Source: an uncultured bacterium
Lineage (GTDB): Bacteria; Planctomycetota; UBA1135; GCA-002686595
Assembly: GCA_943787795.1 (NCBI GenBank)
Contig: CALSNU010000001.1
Location: 640,001-704,000, forward strand
DNA length: 64,000 bases
Direction: 5' to 3'
A program made the position numbers and the translations under genes. The notes under the pieces are model-generated. The model did not search any database and was not told the DNA's origin. It saw only the letters and a program-made list of their open reading frames with translations. This document shows positions 21,215 to 31,200 of the stretch, in pieces; position 1 is the first letter of the stretch, and every line of letters begins with the position of its first letter.

Positions 21215-23674
21215 ATGCCGCTGCCTGTCCGCGCCGCGATCGTGGCGCTCGCCTGCCTGACCGCCCTCGTCGCCCTCAGCGTCCGAAAGGAGAGCGCCAT
21301 CGGCGTGGCCCTGGAGGCTGCCGCCACATCGCCCACGGTGTCCACAAGAGCGGACCGGAACGAGGGCCCGCTCACATGGGGGTCCTACGACCCGGACACG
21401 CTCTACCACGCTCGCCGCGTGGCGCGCGCGGTCCAGAATGCGGGCTGGGTGTCGTCCTATGACCCCTTCCTGGCGTACCCAGGAGGGCTCAGCGTCGACA
21501 GCCCCGGGACGGCGATCCCCTGGCCGCCGGCCTACGACCTTCTGCTGACGACGCTTGTGCGCCGCCGCCTCCCGTCGATGGAGGCGCTGCTCCCTCCCGA
21601 GCCGACCGAGGTTGACCCCGGCCCGCCCGGCGTCGCCGAACCACTCCTCCCCGCGACGCGTCGTCGCATCGAGCAGCTCGTCGCGTCAGTCCCCATGTGG
21701 TGCGGCGCTCTGACCGCGCTGATCGCCGCCCTGGCGTCCGCGGGGCTGGCCAGGACGCTCGTCCCAGCCGCACGCTCCTCGGTCGTGGCGATCGCCGCCG
21801 CGCTGGTCGCGGGCCTCACCGTGGCCTTCACGTTCGGGCATGTTCGTTACTCGCATCTGGGCAACGGCGATCATCACGCCTTCATCTCGCTGCTGCACCT
21901 GGCCTTGCTGGCGATCGTCGGCTCGAGCCTCCGGCCTGACCGGATCATCCGGCCGGTGGGCAGCGCCGCCCGGGGCGGCGCGGCGGGGCTGATCGCTGGG
22001 CTGATGATCACCAGTTGGACGGCCTCGATCTTGTGGGTCGCGCTCGTTCAGCTGGCGCTGGTCCTGAGGCTGGCGTTGCCCTTCAGGGAGGAGCGTGGGC
22101 TGCAGAGCGCGAGGGGGCTGCCCCTCTTTGCCACCACGTTCCACAAGGCGGCCCTGCTCATCGTCATGCCCGCGGCGATCGAGAGTCCCTTCAGCTCCTC
22201 GGACCCCTTCAGCCTCATCGAGCTGTCCTGGTTCCACATGGTGTGGCTAGCGATCGGCTGGCTGATCTTCGCGCCCTACGCGCTGCTTCCCCGCTTCGCG
22301 GCCGGGCGGCGCTTCGCTGCGATGCTCCCCGCCGTGGCCCTCGCGGCGGTCCTCTTGTTCGGCACGGATACCGGCGCGGGCCTGGTCGACGCGATCTCGT
22401 GGGCCGGGGCGGAGAATCCGTTCATGGGAGGGATCAACGAGTCCCAGCCGCTGGTGGGCTCCTTCCCAGCGCTGCTGAGGTTTGCGGGGGCGGGAGTCCT
22501 GCTCGCGCCTCTGGTCTGGGCCCTCGCTCTCCGGCAGGTCCGCACGGCGCCGCAGCTCCTGCCCTGGGTGATCTCCCTCCCTGTCTTGCTCCTCTTCGCG
22601 CTCCTGCAGCGGCGCTTCGCAGAGGGGCTGACGGCTCCGATGGCGGTCCTGCTGGGGTCCGTCCTCTCGGCCACCGTCTTGACTCGATTGGGGCGCGCGG
22701 AGCTCCGGCTGGCGGGCGCCTTGGGCCTCGGGCTCCTCGCCATCGCGGCGAACCCGAGCACCGTCAACGGCGTCCTCTCTCGTGGTCGGACCGCCGATCC
22801 GGAGCTGGCGCCCTTTGTGACCTGGACGGACATGGCCCGCCGCCAGCGCGCGCAGGCTGCGCTCCTTCAAGCGATGAGGGATGACGCCCCGAGATCGGAG
22901 CCCCTGCCGGTGGAGCCTCTACCTTCGGATCCCCTGCGATCGGACTTCCCTCCGTCGGACCCTCTGCCCTTGGGGGTCCTCGCGGAGTGGGACCTCGGCC
23001 ACTCCATCGAGTGGCGCGCCGAGCGACCCACCGTCGCCACCAACTTCGGCCTCTACCTGGGTGAGGCCTCATTCCTCGCTCCCTGGCGCTTCTTCGCCGA
23101 GACCGATGAGGCGGCGGCGCTTCAGATGCTGCAGCAGCTCGGAGTCGGCTCGGTGATCATCGATCGCCGGACGGCCGCCCGGCGCAGTGAGATCTCCGCC
23201 GCCCTCGGCCTCGGTGAGCGCGGTGAGGAGTTCTGGTCGAGGACCATGGGGGCGCGTCTTGTCGCTGGGGGCGAGAGCGCCGCGACTCAGCACCCTGGAT
23301 TCATGCGACTGGTCCGCTGGATCGACGCCAGCGTGGCGTCGGGCGGTATGCGGGCGTACGACGTCGTACGAGGGGCGCGGCTGCGCGCGGAGGGGGGGCT
23401 CCTGCAGGTCATGGCGACCCTGGCGGATGAGCGAGGGAGCATCTTCACATGGCGCGCTGCCGCGCGCGCCGGGGCCGGAGGAGGTGAGCTCGAAGTGCGC
23501 GTGCCCTACGGCTCCCCGGCGAGCCTCCCAGGAGAGGATCCCATGACTCAGCGCCCGGAGAGCGCCCGGGTGCGGGTCCTCGACCTCGAGATCTTCCTCG
23601 ACGGGGAAGCTGTGCCGGTGTCGATCACCGACTGGGATGTGGAGAACGGACTCTCCATTGACGTGAATATTTGA
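21215..23674 (+). CDS. STT3/AglB-like oligosaccharyltransferase (GT66, GT-C fold)
   Basis: YDPDTLYH, YDPFLAYPGG, WPPAYD, LGNGDHH, GINESQPL, QRRF, GVLAEWDLGH.I..AERPTVATNF; multiple TM helices and an AglB-like C-terminal beta domain (VRVPYG, DVENG). Confidence 0.8.
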   Translation: MPLPVRAAIVALACLTALVALSVRKESAIGVALEAAATSPTVSTRADRNEGPLTWGSYDPDTLYHARRVARAVQNAGWVSSYDPFLAYPGGLSVDSPGTAIPWPPAYDLLLTTLVRRRLPSMEALLPPEPTEVDPGPPGVAEPLLPATRRRIEQLVASVPMWCGALTALIAALASAGLARTLVPAARSSVVAIAAALVAGLTVAFTFGHVRYSHLGNGDHHAFISLLHLALLAIVGSSLRPDRIIRPVGSAARGGAAGLIAGLMITSWTASILWVALVQLALVLRLALPFREERGLQSARGLPLFATTFHKAALLIVMPAAIESPFSSSDPFSLIELSWFHMVWLAIGWLIFAPYALLPRFAAGRRFAAMLPAVALAAVLLFGTDTGAGLVDAISWAGAENPFMGGINESQPLVGSFPALLRFAGAGVLLAPLVWALALRQVRTAPQLLPWVISLPVLLLFALLQRRFAEGLTAPMAVLLGSVLSATVLTRLGRAELRLAGALGLGLLAIAANPSTVNGVLSRGRTADPELAPFVTWTDMARRQRAQAALLQAMRDDAPRSEPLPVEPLPSDPLRSDFPPSDPLPLGVLAEWDLGHSIEWRAERPTVATNFGLYLGEASFLAPWRFFAETDEAAALQMLQQLGVGSVIIDRRTAARRSEISAALGLGERGEEFWSRTMGARLVAGGESAATQHPGFMRLVRWIDASVASGGMRAYDVVRGARLRAEGGLLQVMATLADERGSIFTWRAAARAGAGGGELEVRVPYGSPASLPGEDPMTQRPESARVRVLDLEIFLDGEAVPVSITDWDVENGLSIDVNI
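22898..22972 (+). repeat. Degenerate 15-bp coding repeat x5 (EPLPV EPLPS DPLRS DFPPS DPLPL)
   Basis: Five in-frame units ending 4 codons before the EWDLG motif. Confidence 0.7.
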
Positions 23675-23788
23675 CCGCTCGCGGCGTACAGACCGCCCCT
23701 CGCCACGCTTTGCCCGCTCGTTACACGCTCCCAGGTCCTCAGTCCCTATAGAGGTGGTCTGCCTCTCCCCGAACACGCTGCCGCTTTC

Positions 23789-25282
23789 ATGCTCGACCAC
23801 GCTCGCTCAACCCTCATCTCCCTGCTCCTCGCCGCCGGAGTCGTCGCTACGGCTGGCGGGGCCACGCCCCAATCGATCGGCTCGCCACAGGTCGAGATCA
23901 ACCACGAGGAGCTCGCCGCCGAGTTCCTGAAGCGCTCGGGGCTTGACCCGGCTGGGGCGGCGCAGGTCTCGACTGAGGATTTGCTGGACCGCTCGTTCTT
24001 CACGATGCGCATCGGCGTGTTCGATCTGGGGCTGAGCTCCTATGCGGCGCTCAGTCGAGCGAACGGAGACAGCTTCGCGCTCCTCGCCGGGGCGCTGCTT
24101 GAGGTCCAGGCGCAGTTCCTGGAGTGGCTCGGTCCCAAGGCGCCGGGGATCAAGGAGGCCGAAAAGGATCTGAAGACGTTGAGGAGCTACTTCAAGAAGC
24201 TCCGCGGCAATGCCATCAACAAGCTCGACCCGAAGCAGACGGGCGACGTCATGACGTTGCTCGGAGCGAGCAAGAAGGCGCTCGAGGCACAGCAGCGCTT
24301 CGGCGCGTACATGGCGCGGGGCACGGGCCTGGGGCTTGACCGCGAGGACGAGTATGTGGACACCTTCCTGGTGGCGCCGGGGAGGCGGGACTTCCTCGAG
24401 CTCCTGAGCACGTTCGGCGCGATCAGCCCGCCCAACCAGAGCGTCTACTGGTCCAACGACGTCGCCACCTGGACCAACACCTACTTCAACGACATCTCCG
24501 TGGTCGCCCTCGAGTTCGCGAGTCCCGGCAGCTCTACCGGGGGGGCGTTCGCCGGTGTCAGCATGAACTCGCGCACGCCGACCGGGATGCAGCAGCAGAT
24601 CGCGCAGCTGGCCGGTAACGCGATGATCGACAACCTGTTTGGTGACAAGATCCCGCCCTCCCTGGCGGGCGCCTTGTCCGTCAACCTGGTCGTGGAGATC
24701 TACGGGGAGTGCAACACGCGGGTCGACGGGGACCTGCGGGCGCGCCGGACCCAGGCCCGCGAGATCTTCGTCCCGGGCGGGCTCTCCGAGGGCGGCGTCC
24801 TGCCCCCTAACCTTGCCGATAGCCGGTGGCGTTCCGAGCACGGCAAGGATCACTTCCTGGTGGCGCTCCAATCGGCCCAGGCCGCTGGCGCGAGCAAGGC
24901 GAGGAAGAAGTACGAGAAGAACGGGACCTTCGAGTTGATGGATGACCGTGAGGCCAAGCGCATGGTCGTCAAGGCTCCGTTCCTCGGGACCCCTGCCGCG
25001 GATGCGCCCCCGGTTCCGGACGACTTCTGGGGCGACAGCCTGGAGTTCTACCGCTCCTATCGCACCGGGTTCATCTACTGGCTGCGCACCAAGGGACAGC
25101 GCTCCAAGAAGAGCTCCGAGGCGGCCTTCGCGGCGTACCTGACACAGCTGGCGCAGGCAGATAGCGGGGGGGACTCCCTCGAGGCCACCTTCGAGGAGCA
25201 GTACGGCAAGCCCTTGAGCGCGAAGGAGCCCTCCAAGCAGGACCTCGAGGGGCAGTTCCTGGACTGGCTCTCGAAGCTCTGA
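23789..25282 (+). CDS. Hypothetical secreted protein
   Basis: 497 aa, strong coding bias, signal peptide (LLLAAGVVATAGGATPQ). Confidence 0.8.
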   Translation: MLDHARSTLISLLLAAGVVATAGGATPQSIGSPQVEINHEELAAEFLKRSGLDPAGAAQVSTEDLLDRSFFTMRIGVFDLGLSSYAALSRANGDSFALLAGALLEVQAQFLEWLGPKAPGIKEAEKDLKTLRSYFKKLRGNAINKLDPKQTGDVMTLLGASKKALEAQQRFGAYMARGTGLGLDREDEYVDTFLVAPGRRDFLELLSTFGAISPPNQSVYWSNDVATWTNTYFNDISVVALEFASPGSSTGGAFAGVSMNSRTPTGMQQQIAQLAGNAMIDNLFGDKIPPSLAGALSVNLVVEIYGECNTRVDGDLRARRTQAREIFVPGGLSEGGVLPPNLADSRWRSEHGKDHFLVALQSAQAAGASKARKKYEKNGTFELMDDREAKRMVVKAPFLGTPAADAPPVPDDFWGDSLEFYRSYRTGFIYWLRTKGQRSKKSSEAAFAAYLTQLAQADSGGDSLEATFEEQYGKPLSAKEPSKQDLEGQFLDWLSKL

Positions 25283-25308
25283 GTCGGAGTCGGTAGCCTC
25301 GGCGGGTC

Positions 25309-28206
25309 ATGCCGCCAACGCCCCGACTTCACTCCGCTGCCACCGCTTCGCCCGAGTTCCTGGGGTACGACGGACCGCTCCTGGCGAGGGCCGCTGAGAG
25401 CATCGTCGAGGAGGCGGGGGGGCCGGAGGATCTGGGGGAGATGATGATCGCGGTCCCCGGTGCCCGGGCCGGGCGCCAGCTGGCCCGGGAGCTGCGGGCC
25501 TGCGCCTCGGAGCGGGGCTGGGCGGGCTTCTTCGCGCCGACGATCACGACGCCCGGGGCGCTCGCGGATGCCCTCCTGCCCCTGGAGCATCCGCCCGCCG
25601 ACCGCACGACGCGGACGCTGGCGTGGGAGAGTGCCCTGGTGGGTGTTCGGCCCGAAATGCTCCTTCGGATCCTCTCGCGCCCGCCCGCACGGGGGGACCG
25701 CGCGGCCTGGTGGCGCGTGGCCGAGGAGCTCCGAGTGCTCCACGGGGAGCTCGCCCAGTGGGGCCATGACTTCGCCGCGGTGTTGAAGCGGCTGGAGACC
25801 CACTCTGGATGCCCGGTAGGGGAGCTCCGGCGCTGGGAGGCGCTGGTGGAGATCCAGAGCGTCTGGCGCGCGAAGATGACGAAGCTGGGGCTCTCGGATC
25901 CCCACGAGGGGCGCCTCCAGGCCCTCGAGTCGGGGCGGGTAGAGCGCGGGGCCCGGGTGGTCCTCGTGGGCGTCCTGGAGATGAACCGCCTGCTCCGCGA
26001 CGCGCTCCGCGGCCTCGACGAGGCGCCGCGTGTGCTCGTCTTCGCGCCGGAGGTCGCGGCCGAGGGCTTCGATGAGCTGGGGGCCCTCGTGACGTCACGG
26101 TGGGAGGAGGCGGAGGTGGACCTACCGCTCGACCAATGGCACGTGGTGGGGACCCCCGATGACCAGGCTCGCCTCGCCCTTTCCCTCGCGGCCGAGGCGG
26201 GGCCGGCGCACGCGGGTGAGCTGACGGTTGGGGTCCCGGATGGCGAGGTGGCGCCCCTGCTCGCGCGGCGGTTCGGCGCCGCTGACATCCACGCGAGGAG
26301 CGCCGCGGGGACGCCGCTTGGGCTCACAGCCCCGATGCGCCTGATCTCCGCGCTCGAGGCCTTTGCCCGCGCGCGCACGGCCGAGAACGCCGCGTCCCTC
26401 GTCCGCCACGGGGACCTCACGCGCTGGCTCGCCGGGCGCCTGGGGCACGACCCGGTCGCAAGGCTGGACAGGTACCGTCCGGAGCATCTGCCCCGGACGC
26501 TGGACCCCAGCCCCGAGGGTGGCGTCCTCGATCTCCCCGGCCAGGTGAGGGGGAGAGAGGACATCCGCCCGCTGCTGGGCGCGGTCGAGGAGTTGGGCGG
26601 GGCCCTCTTCACCGACGCCGCCGGCTCGCTCGCCGATCACGTGGGCCGGCTCCGCGAGCTCCTGATGCTCGTCTACGGCGAGCACCCGCTCCTTGAACAG
26701 GCTCGGACCAGCGAACCCGGCCGCCACGTGGAGGTCGCGCTTCGACGGCTGGGGACCGTCATGGATGAGCTCGAACGGATCCCCGCGACGGTGGCGAGGC
26801 AGATGAAGCCAGCCGACGCGCTGCGGCTGGTCTACTGGACGGCGGGGGGCGCGGCGGTCCCTGACCCGGTCGGGCAGGAGGGCCAGCCTGTGGTCGAGCT
26901 GCTCGGCTGGCTAGAGCTGCTCCTCGACGGGGCGCCGCACCTTGTGGTGACGGGCTTCAACGAGTCCAAGGTCCCCGAGCCCTCGACCCGGGACCCCTTC
27001 CTCCCGGACTCCATCCGCACGCTACTCGGGCTCGAGGATGACGCGCGTCGCACCGCGCGGGATGTCTACACCATGATCGCGCTCCTGCACTCGAAGCGAT
27101 CGCTGCACCTCATCAGCGGCAGGACGACCCGGGACGGGGACCCGCTGTTCCCCAGCCGACTGGCCTTCAGGGCGGGGGTCCAGGACGTGGCCGCGAGGGT
27201 GGATCACGCCCTCGAGCCCGTGGGGTTCGCGCCGGTGGAGGCGAACGACCGGGACGTGTCCGCAGAGCTTCCTCCGGTGATCGCGGACCCCCTGCCCCAG
27301 GACCGGTTCGCGGTGACCTCCTTCAAGTCCTTCCTGGACTCGCCGCTCCTCTACTACGTCCAGCGCGTCCTTCGCCTGGAGGCGGTGGACGACCGCGCGG
27401 GTGAGCTCGATGCGCTGCGGTTCGGCACCCTCGCCCACGACGTGCTCGAGGACCTCGGTACGAACGAGGAGCTGCGGGAGTCCACCAGCGTCGAAGACGT
27501 CGATGGGTTCCTACTCCATCGGCTCGACCGGCGGGCGGCAATGAGGTTCCCCAAGGCCGTCATGCCGGCGGTGCAGATTCAGCTCGGCCAGCTCCGGCTC
27601 CGCCTGAAGAGCTTCGCCCTCTGGCACGTGGGCGAGGTGCGCGACGGGTGGCGGATCCGCCACGCGGAGTGGAGCCCCGAGGGCGACGCCTCCATCGGCC
27701 GCGAGGGGTGCGCCCGGCTCGACATGGGGGCCGGTGAGGAGCCGGCGTGGATCCGCGGCAAGATCGACCGCATCGAGCAGCACTCGAAGACCGGGTTCTG
27801 GCGCGTGCTGGACTACAAGACCAGCCACAAAAGCAATGACCCCGCGAAGGTGCACCGCAAGAAGAACGGGGACTGGAAGGACCTCCAGCTTCCGCTCTAC
27901 GCCCACATGGTGCAGCCCCTGGTGGGGAGCGGCGTCGTGCCAGATCTGGGCTACGTCAACCTGCCCGGAGACGGGACCCGCGTGGAGCTCAAGCTCGTGG
28001 ACGGCAAGGTCACCTGGGGGCCTGAGGACATCCAGGACGCGATGGAGTGCGCCCGCGGCGTGGTCCGGCGGGTCCGGGCGGGCGACGTGGAGGACCTCGG
28101 CCGCGTGAAGACGGAGTTCATGCTTCCGATCGAGCGCGAGCTCCTCGGGGTCGGCCTGGTGCGTGAGCCCGATCCGGTCGCAGACGACGAGGAGGAGCGG
28201 TCATGA
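25309..28206 (+). CDS. addB: AddB/RexB-like subunit with PD-(D/E)XK nuclease domain
   Basis: VPGARAGR, VTGFNE..VP, PSRL, IRGKIDRIE...LDYKT...DLQLPLY; ATGA overlap with addA. Confidence 0.82.
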   Translation: MPPTPRLHSAATASPEFLGYDGPLLARAAESIVEEAGGPEDLGEMMIAVPGARAGRQLARELRACASERGWAGFFAPTITTPGALADALLPLEHPPADRTTRTLAWESALVGVRPEMLLRILSRPPARGDRAAWWRVAEELRVLHGELAQWGHDFAAVLKRLETHSGCPVGELRRWEALVEIQSVWRAKMTKLGLSDPHEGRLQALESGRVERGARVVLVGVLEMNRLLRDALRGLDEAPRVLVFAPEVAAEGFDELGALVTSRWEEAEVDLPLDQWHVVGTPDDQARLALSLAAEAGPAHAGELTVGVPDGEVAPLLARRFGAADIHARSAAGTPLGLTAPMRLISALEAFARARTAENAASLVRHGDLTRWLAGRLGHDPVARLDRYRPEHLPRTLDPSPEGGVLDLPGQVRGREDIRPLLGAVEELGGALFTDAAGSLADHVGRLRELLMLVYGEHPLLEQARTSEPGRHVEVALRRLGTVMDELERIPATVARQMKPADALRLVYWTAGGAAVPDPVGQEGQPVVELLGWLELLLDGAPHLVVTGFNESKVPEPSTRDPFLPDSIRTLLGLEDDARRTARDVYTMIALLHSKRSLHLISGRTTRDGDPLFPSRLAFRAGVQDVAARVDHALEPVGFAPVEANDRDVSAELPPVIADPLPQDRFAVTSFKSFLDSPLLYYVQRVLRLEAVDDRAGELDALRFGTLAHDVLEDLGTNEELRESTSVEDVDGFLLHRLDRRAAMRFPKAVMPAVQIQLGQLRLRLKSFALWHVGEVRDGWRIRHAEWSPEGDASIGREGCARLDMGAGEEPAWIRGKIDRIEQHSKTGFWRVLDYKTSHKSNDPAKVHRKKNGDWKDLQLPLYAHMVQPLVGSGVVPDLGYVNLPGDGTRVELKLVDGKVTWGPEDIQDAMECARGVVRRVRAGDVEDLGRVKTEFMLPIERELLGVGLVREPDPVADDEEERS

Positions 28207-31200
28207 GCCAGGCCGAGCTGTTCGGAGAAGACGACTCCATCAAGAAGCGGCGCCAGCTGCTCCTGGCATCGGCGGGCACCGGCAAGACCTTCCGGCTGGC
28301 CAACCACTTCGCCGGGCTTCTGGTGGCGGGCGTGGAGCCCAAGCAGGTGCTCGCGGCGACCTTCACCCGCAAGGCGGCGGGGGAGATCCTTGACCGGGTG
28401 CTCAAGCGCCTCCGCGAGGGCGCGGAGGAGGGCGCGGCAGGCGAGGAGGCGCGGGGCTATCTCCTGGAGGCCGCCCAGGCCGTGGAGCCCTATCGGGACA
28501 GCCTCTCCACCGGGGAGTGCGCGGAGACCCTCGCGCGGCTGGTCCGCCGCATCGAGCGCTTCCGGGTCCAGACCCTCGATGCCTTCTTCATCAGCCTCTC
28601 CCAGCTCTTCGCCATGGAGCTCGAGCTGGCCCCTGAATTCGCCATCGGGACGGCGGTGCAGGAGGTCGGCCTCGCCGCCGAGACCGTGGCACGGGTGCTG
28701 GACGGGCTCGAGGACGGTGAACGCCTCGAGCTCCTGCGGGCGCTCGTGCGCGGCGGGGCGTCCCGCAAGGCGCAGTCGGCGCTGCTGGAGGCGGTGTCCG
28801 AGGCCGAGAACGCCGCCGCCCAGGTGGGACCTGACGCGTGGGGGAACCTGAAGCCCCTCGATGGGGTGGATCCCGCCGAGGTGGAGGCCCAGGTCCGCTG
28901 TCTGCACCAGTGTGATGTGCCCGTCACCGCCAAGGGGGAGCCGAACAAGCTGTTTGCCAACGCGATCGACGCTCTGCGGGCGCTCGTCGGAGATGGCAGT
29001 GATCCGATCGACTCCTCCTTCTTCGGCATCGGCCTGGTGGAGAAGGTGATCGCCGGGGATGAGAAGTTCGCGCGCGCTCCGATCCCCGAGGACATCGCGG
29101 GAGCGATTCAAGTCCTCGCGCAGCGTGCCGGGGAGGACGCGGTCAATGAGCTCCTCACGCGGAACGAGGCCATGGGGTCCTTCCTGACCAAGTACGCCAG
29201 GGCCGAGGACAACCTCAGGGCCGAGTGGGGCATCTACCGCTTCCAGGACTTCTCGCGCGCTCTCGAGCGTGGGCCCGCGCGGGAGCAGCCCGAGGTCTGG
29301 CGTCAGGCGCTTGGCTTCCGGATGGACGCCAAGCTCTCGCACCTGCTGCTCGACGAGTTCCAGGACACCTCGGCCCAGCAGTGGCGCCTCCTCTTGCCCC
29401 TGGCGGAGGAGGTCCTCGCCGACGGCACCGAGGAGTCGAGCTTCTTCTGCGTGGGGGACGTGAAGCAGTCCATCTATGGGTGGCGTGGGGGCGAGCCTCG
29501 CCTCCTCTCGAGGATGCACGAGCGGCACCCCGGCCTCGAGAAGGAGGAGATGGTGGAGAACTATCGCTCCTCGAGGGTGATCCTCGACGTGGTCAACCAG
29601 GTCTTCGAGGGGCTGGCGGACCGCATGGCGCTGGCCGGAGAGAAGCGCTCCGCGGTCCGGCAGGCGGCCAGGCGCTGGAGCGAGAACTTCGGGCCCCACG
29701 AGGCGAAGAAGGACCTCCCGGGCGAGGCCCACGTCTGGCAGGTGCGCGCCCACGAGAAGGACCGCGGAGAGGTCAAGATGGACCCCGCCGTGGACCTCGC
29801 CGTCGAGCGGGTCCGCGTGCTCCACGCACGTCACCCCGACGCGTCCATCGCGATCCTCGTGCGGACCGCGAAGCTGGTTCCGACCCTGCGCTACCGCCTC
29901 GGGAAGGTCGGTATCGAGGCGAGCGACGAGGGCGGGAACCCGCTCACGGACTCCCTGCCGGTGACATGGCTGCTCGGGCTGCTCCAGCTCGCGGACCACC
30001 CAGGTGACGGCATCGCCGCCCTGCAGGTGGCGCGCTCTCCGTTCGGCCCGGACCTCGGACTGCTCCCCGCGGATGCGGGGAGCACGGATGCGCAGCGGCG
30101 GGCCTCGGAAGTCTCCGCGGAGCTCAGGGAGGAGCTCCTGCATATGGGATACGGACCGTTCTTCCAGCGCCGCATGGCGAGGCTCACCGAGGACGCCTCG
30201 GCCTGGGACCTGCGCCGCCTCGAGCAGCTCGTGGACCTCGCCGAGATCCACGACGCGGAGCCTGGACTGCGCCCGGCGGACTTCGCGGACGAGGTCCGCG
30301 CGAAGAAGGTCTCCGATCCCTCCCAGGCGCGGGTCAAGGTCATGACCATCCACGCCTCCAAGGGGCTCGAGTTCGACGCCGTCGTACTCCCCGAGCTGGG
30401 CCGGCTCTGGCAGCTCACGCCCAAGGGCGTGCTCCTCGAGTCCGAGTCCGAGGTGGCGCCTCCGCGGGTGGCGACGATGGCGCCCAGGGCGGACGTGGCT
30501 GCGCAGCACCCCGAGCTGGAGGCCCTGTACGAGGGCGAGAAGGAGCGCCAGATGGTCGACGAGCTCTCCGGGCTCTATGTGGCGCTGACCCGGGCGGTGC
30601 ACTCGATCGATCTGATCGTCTCCGCGCCTGGCAAGAAGTCGCCCAGCCAGAGCCACGGTGCCCTCGTCGCGGAGGCCTTCGATGGTCAGATCGTCGGTGA
30701 ACTCACCTTCGAGGGCGACCACGAGAAGGTCTGGTCCCACGCCGATTCCACCGACGCCTGGGCCCCGGTGCACGAGGGTCGCGCCAAGGAGCCCGTCGAG
30801 GAACACCGGCTGCAGCTGGATCCAGCGCCACAAGAAGACGCCGTCCGTGCCCCCAGCTCCGCGGGGCATTCGTCCGAGTCCGTACGCTCGTTGCTCTCCG
30901 GCTCCAGCGGCCGCGGCGCGCGCTTCGGGACGCTCGTGCACGCCCTCTTCGAGGACGTCGAGTGGTGGGGTCAGGGGCCGCGCGCGGATGCGGAGATGCG
31001 GGCCAGTCTTGGCCGCATCGGCGCGGAGGACCCCGAGCTCGTGGACGGTGCCCTCGCGAGGTTCCACGAGGCCATGGCTTCAGAGGCGCTGGTCCAGCTG
31101 CTCACCTGCCCGCCTGGTGAGGTCACGGTCCACAACGAGCGCTCCTTCGAGGTTCAGGTGGAAGATGAGGATGGAGCCCAGCTCCGCTGGCGCGGGTTCA

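Noticed and set aside
27951..31067. 1038-aa minus-strand ORF, and similar long ORFs at 11271-13229, 36914-39250, 47030-48991 and 54353-56344
   Set aside because: Antisense shadows of well-supported genes; typical of high-GC3 DNA, with no motifs
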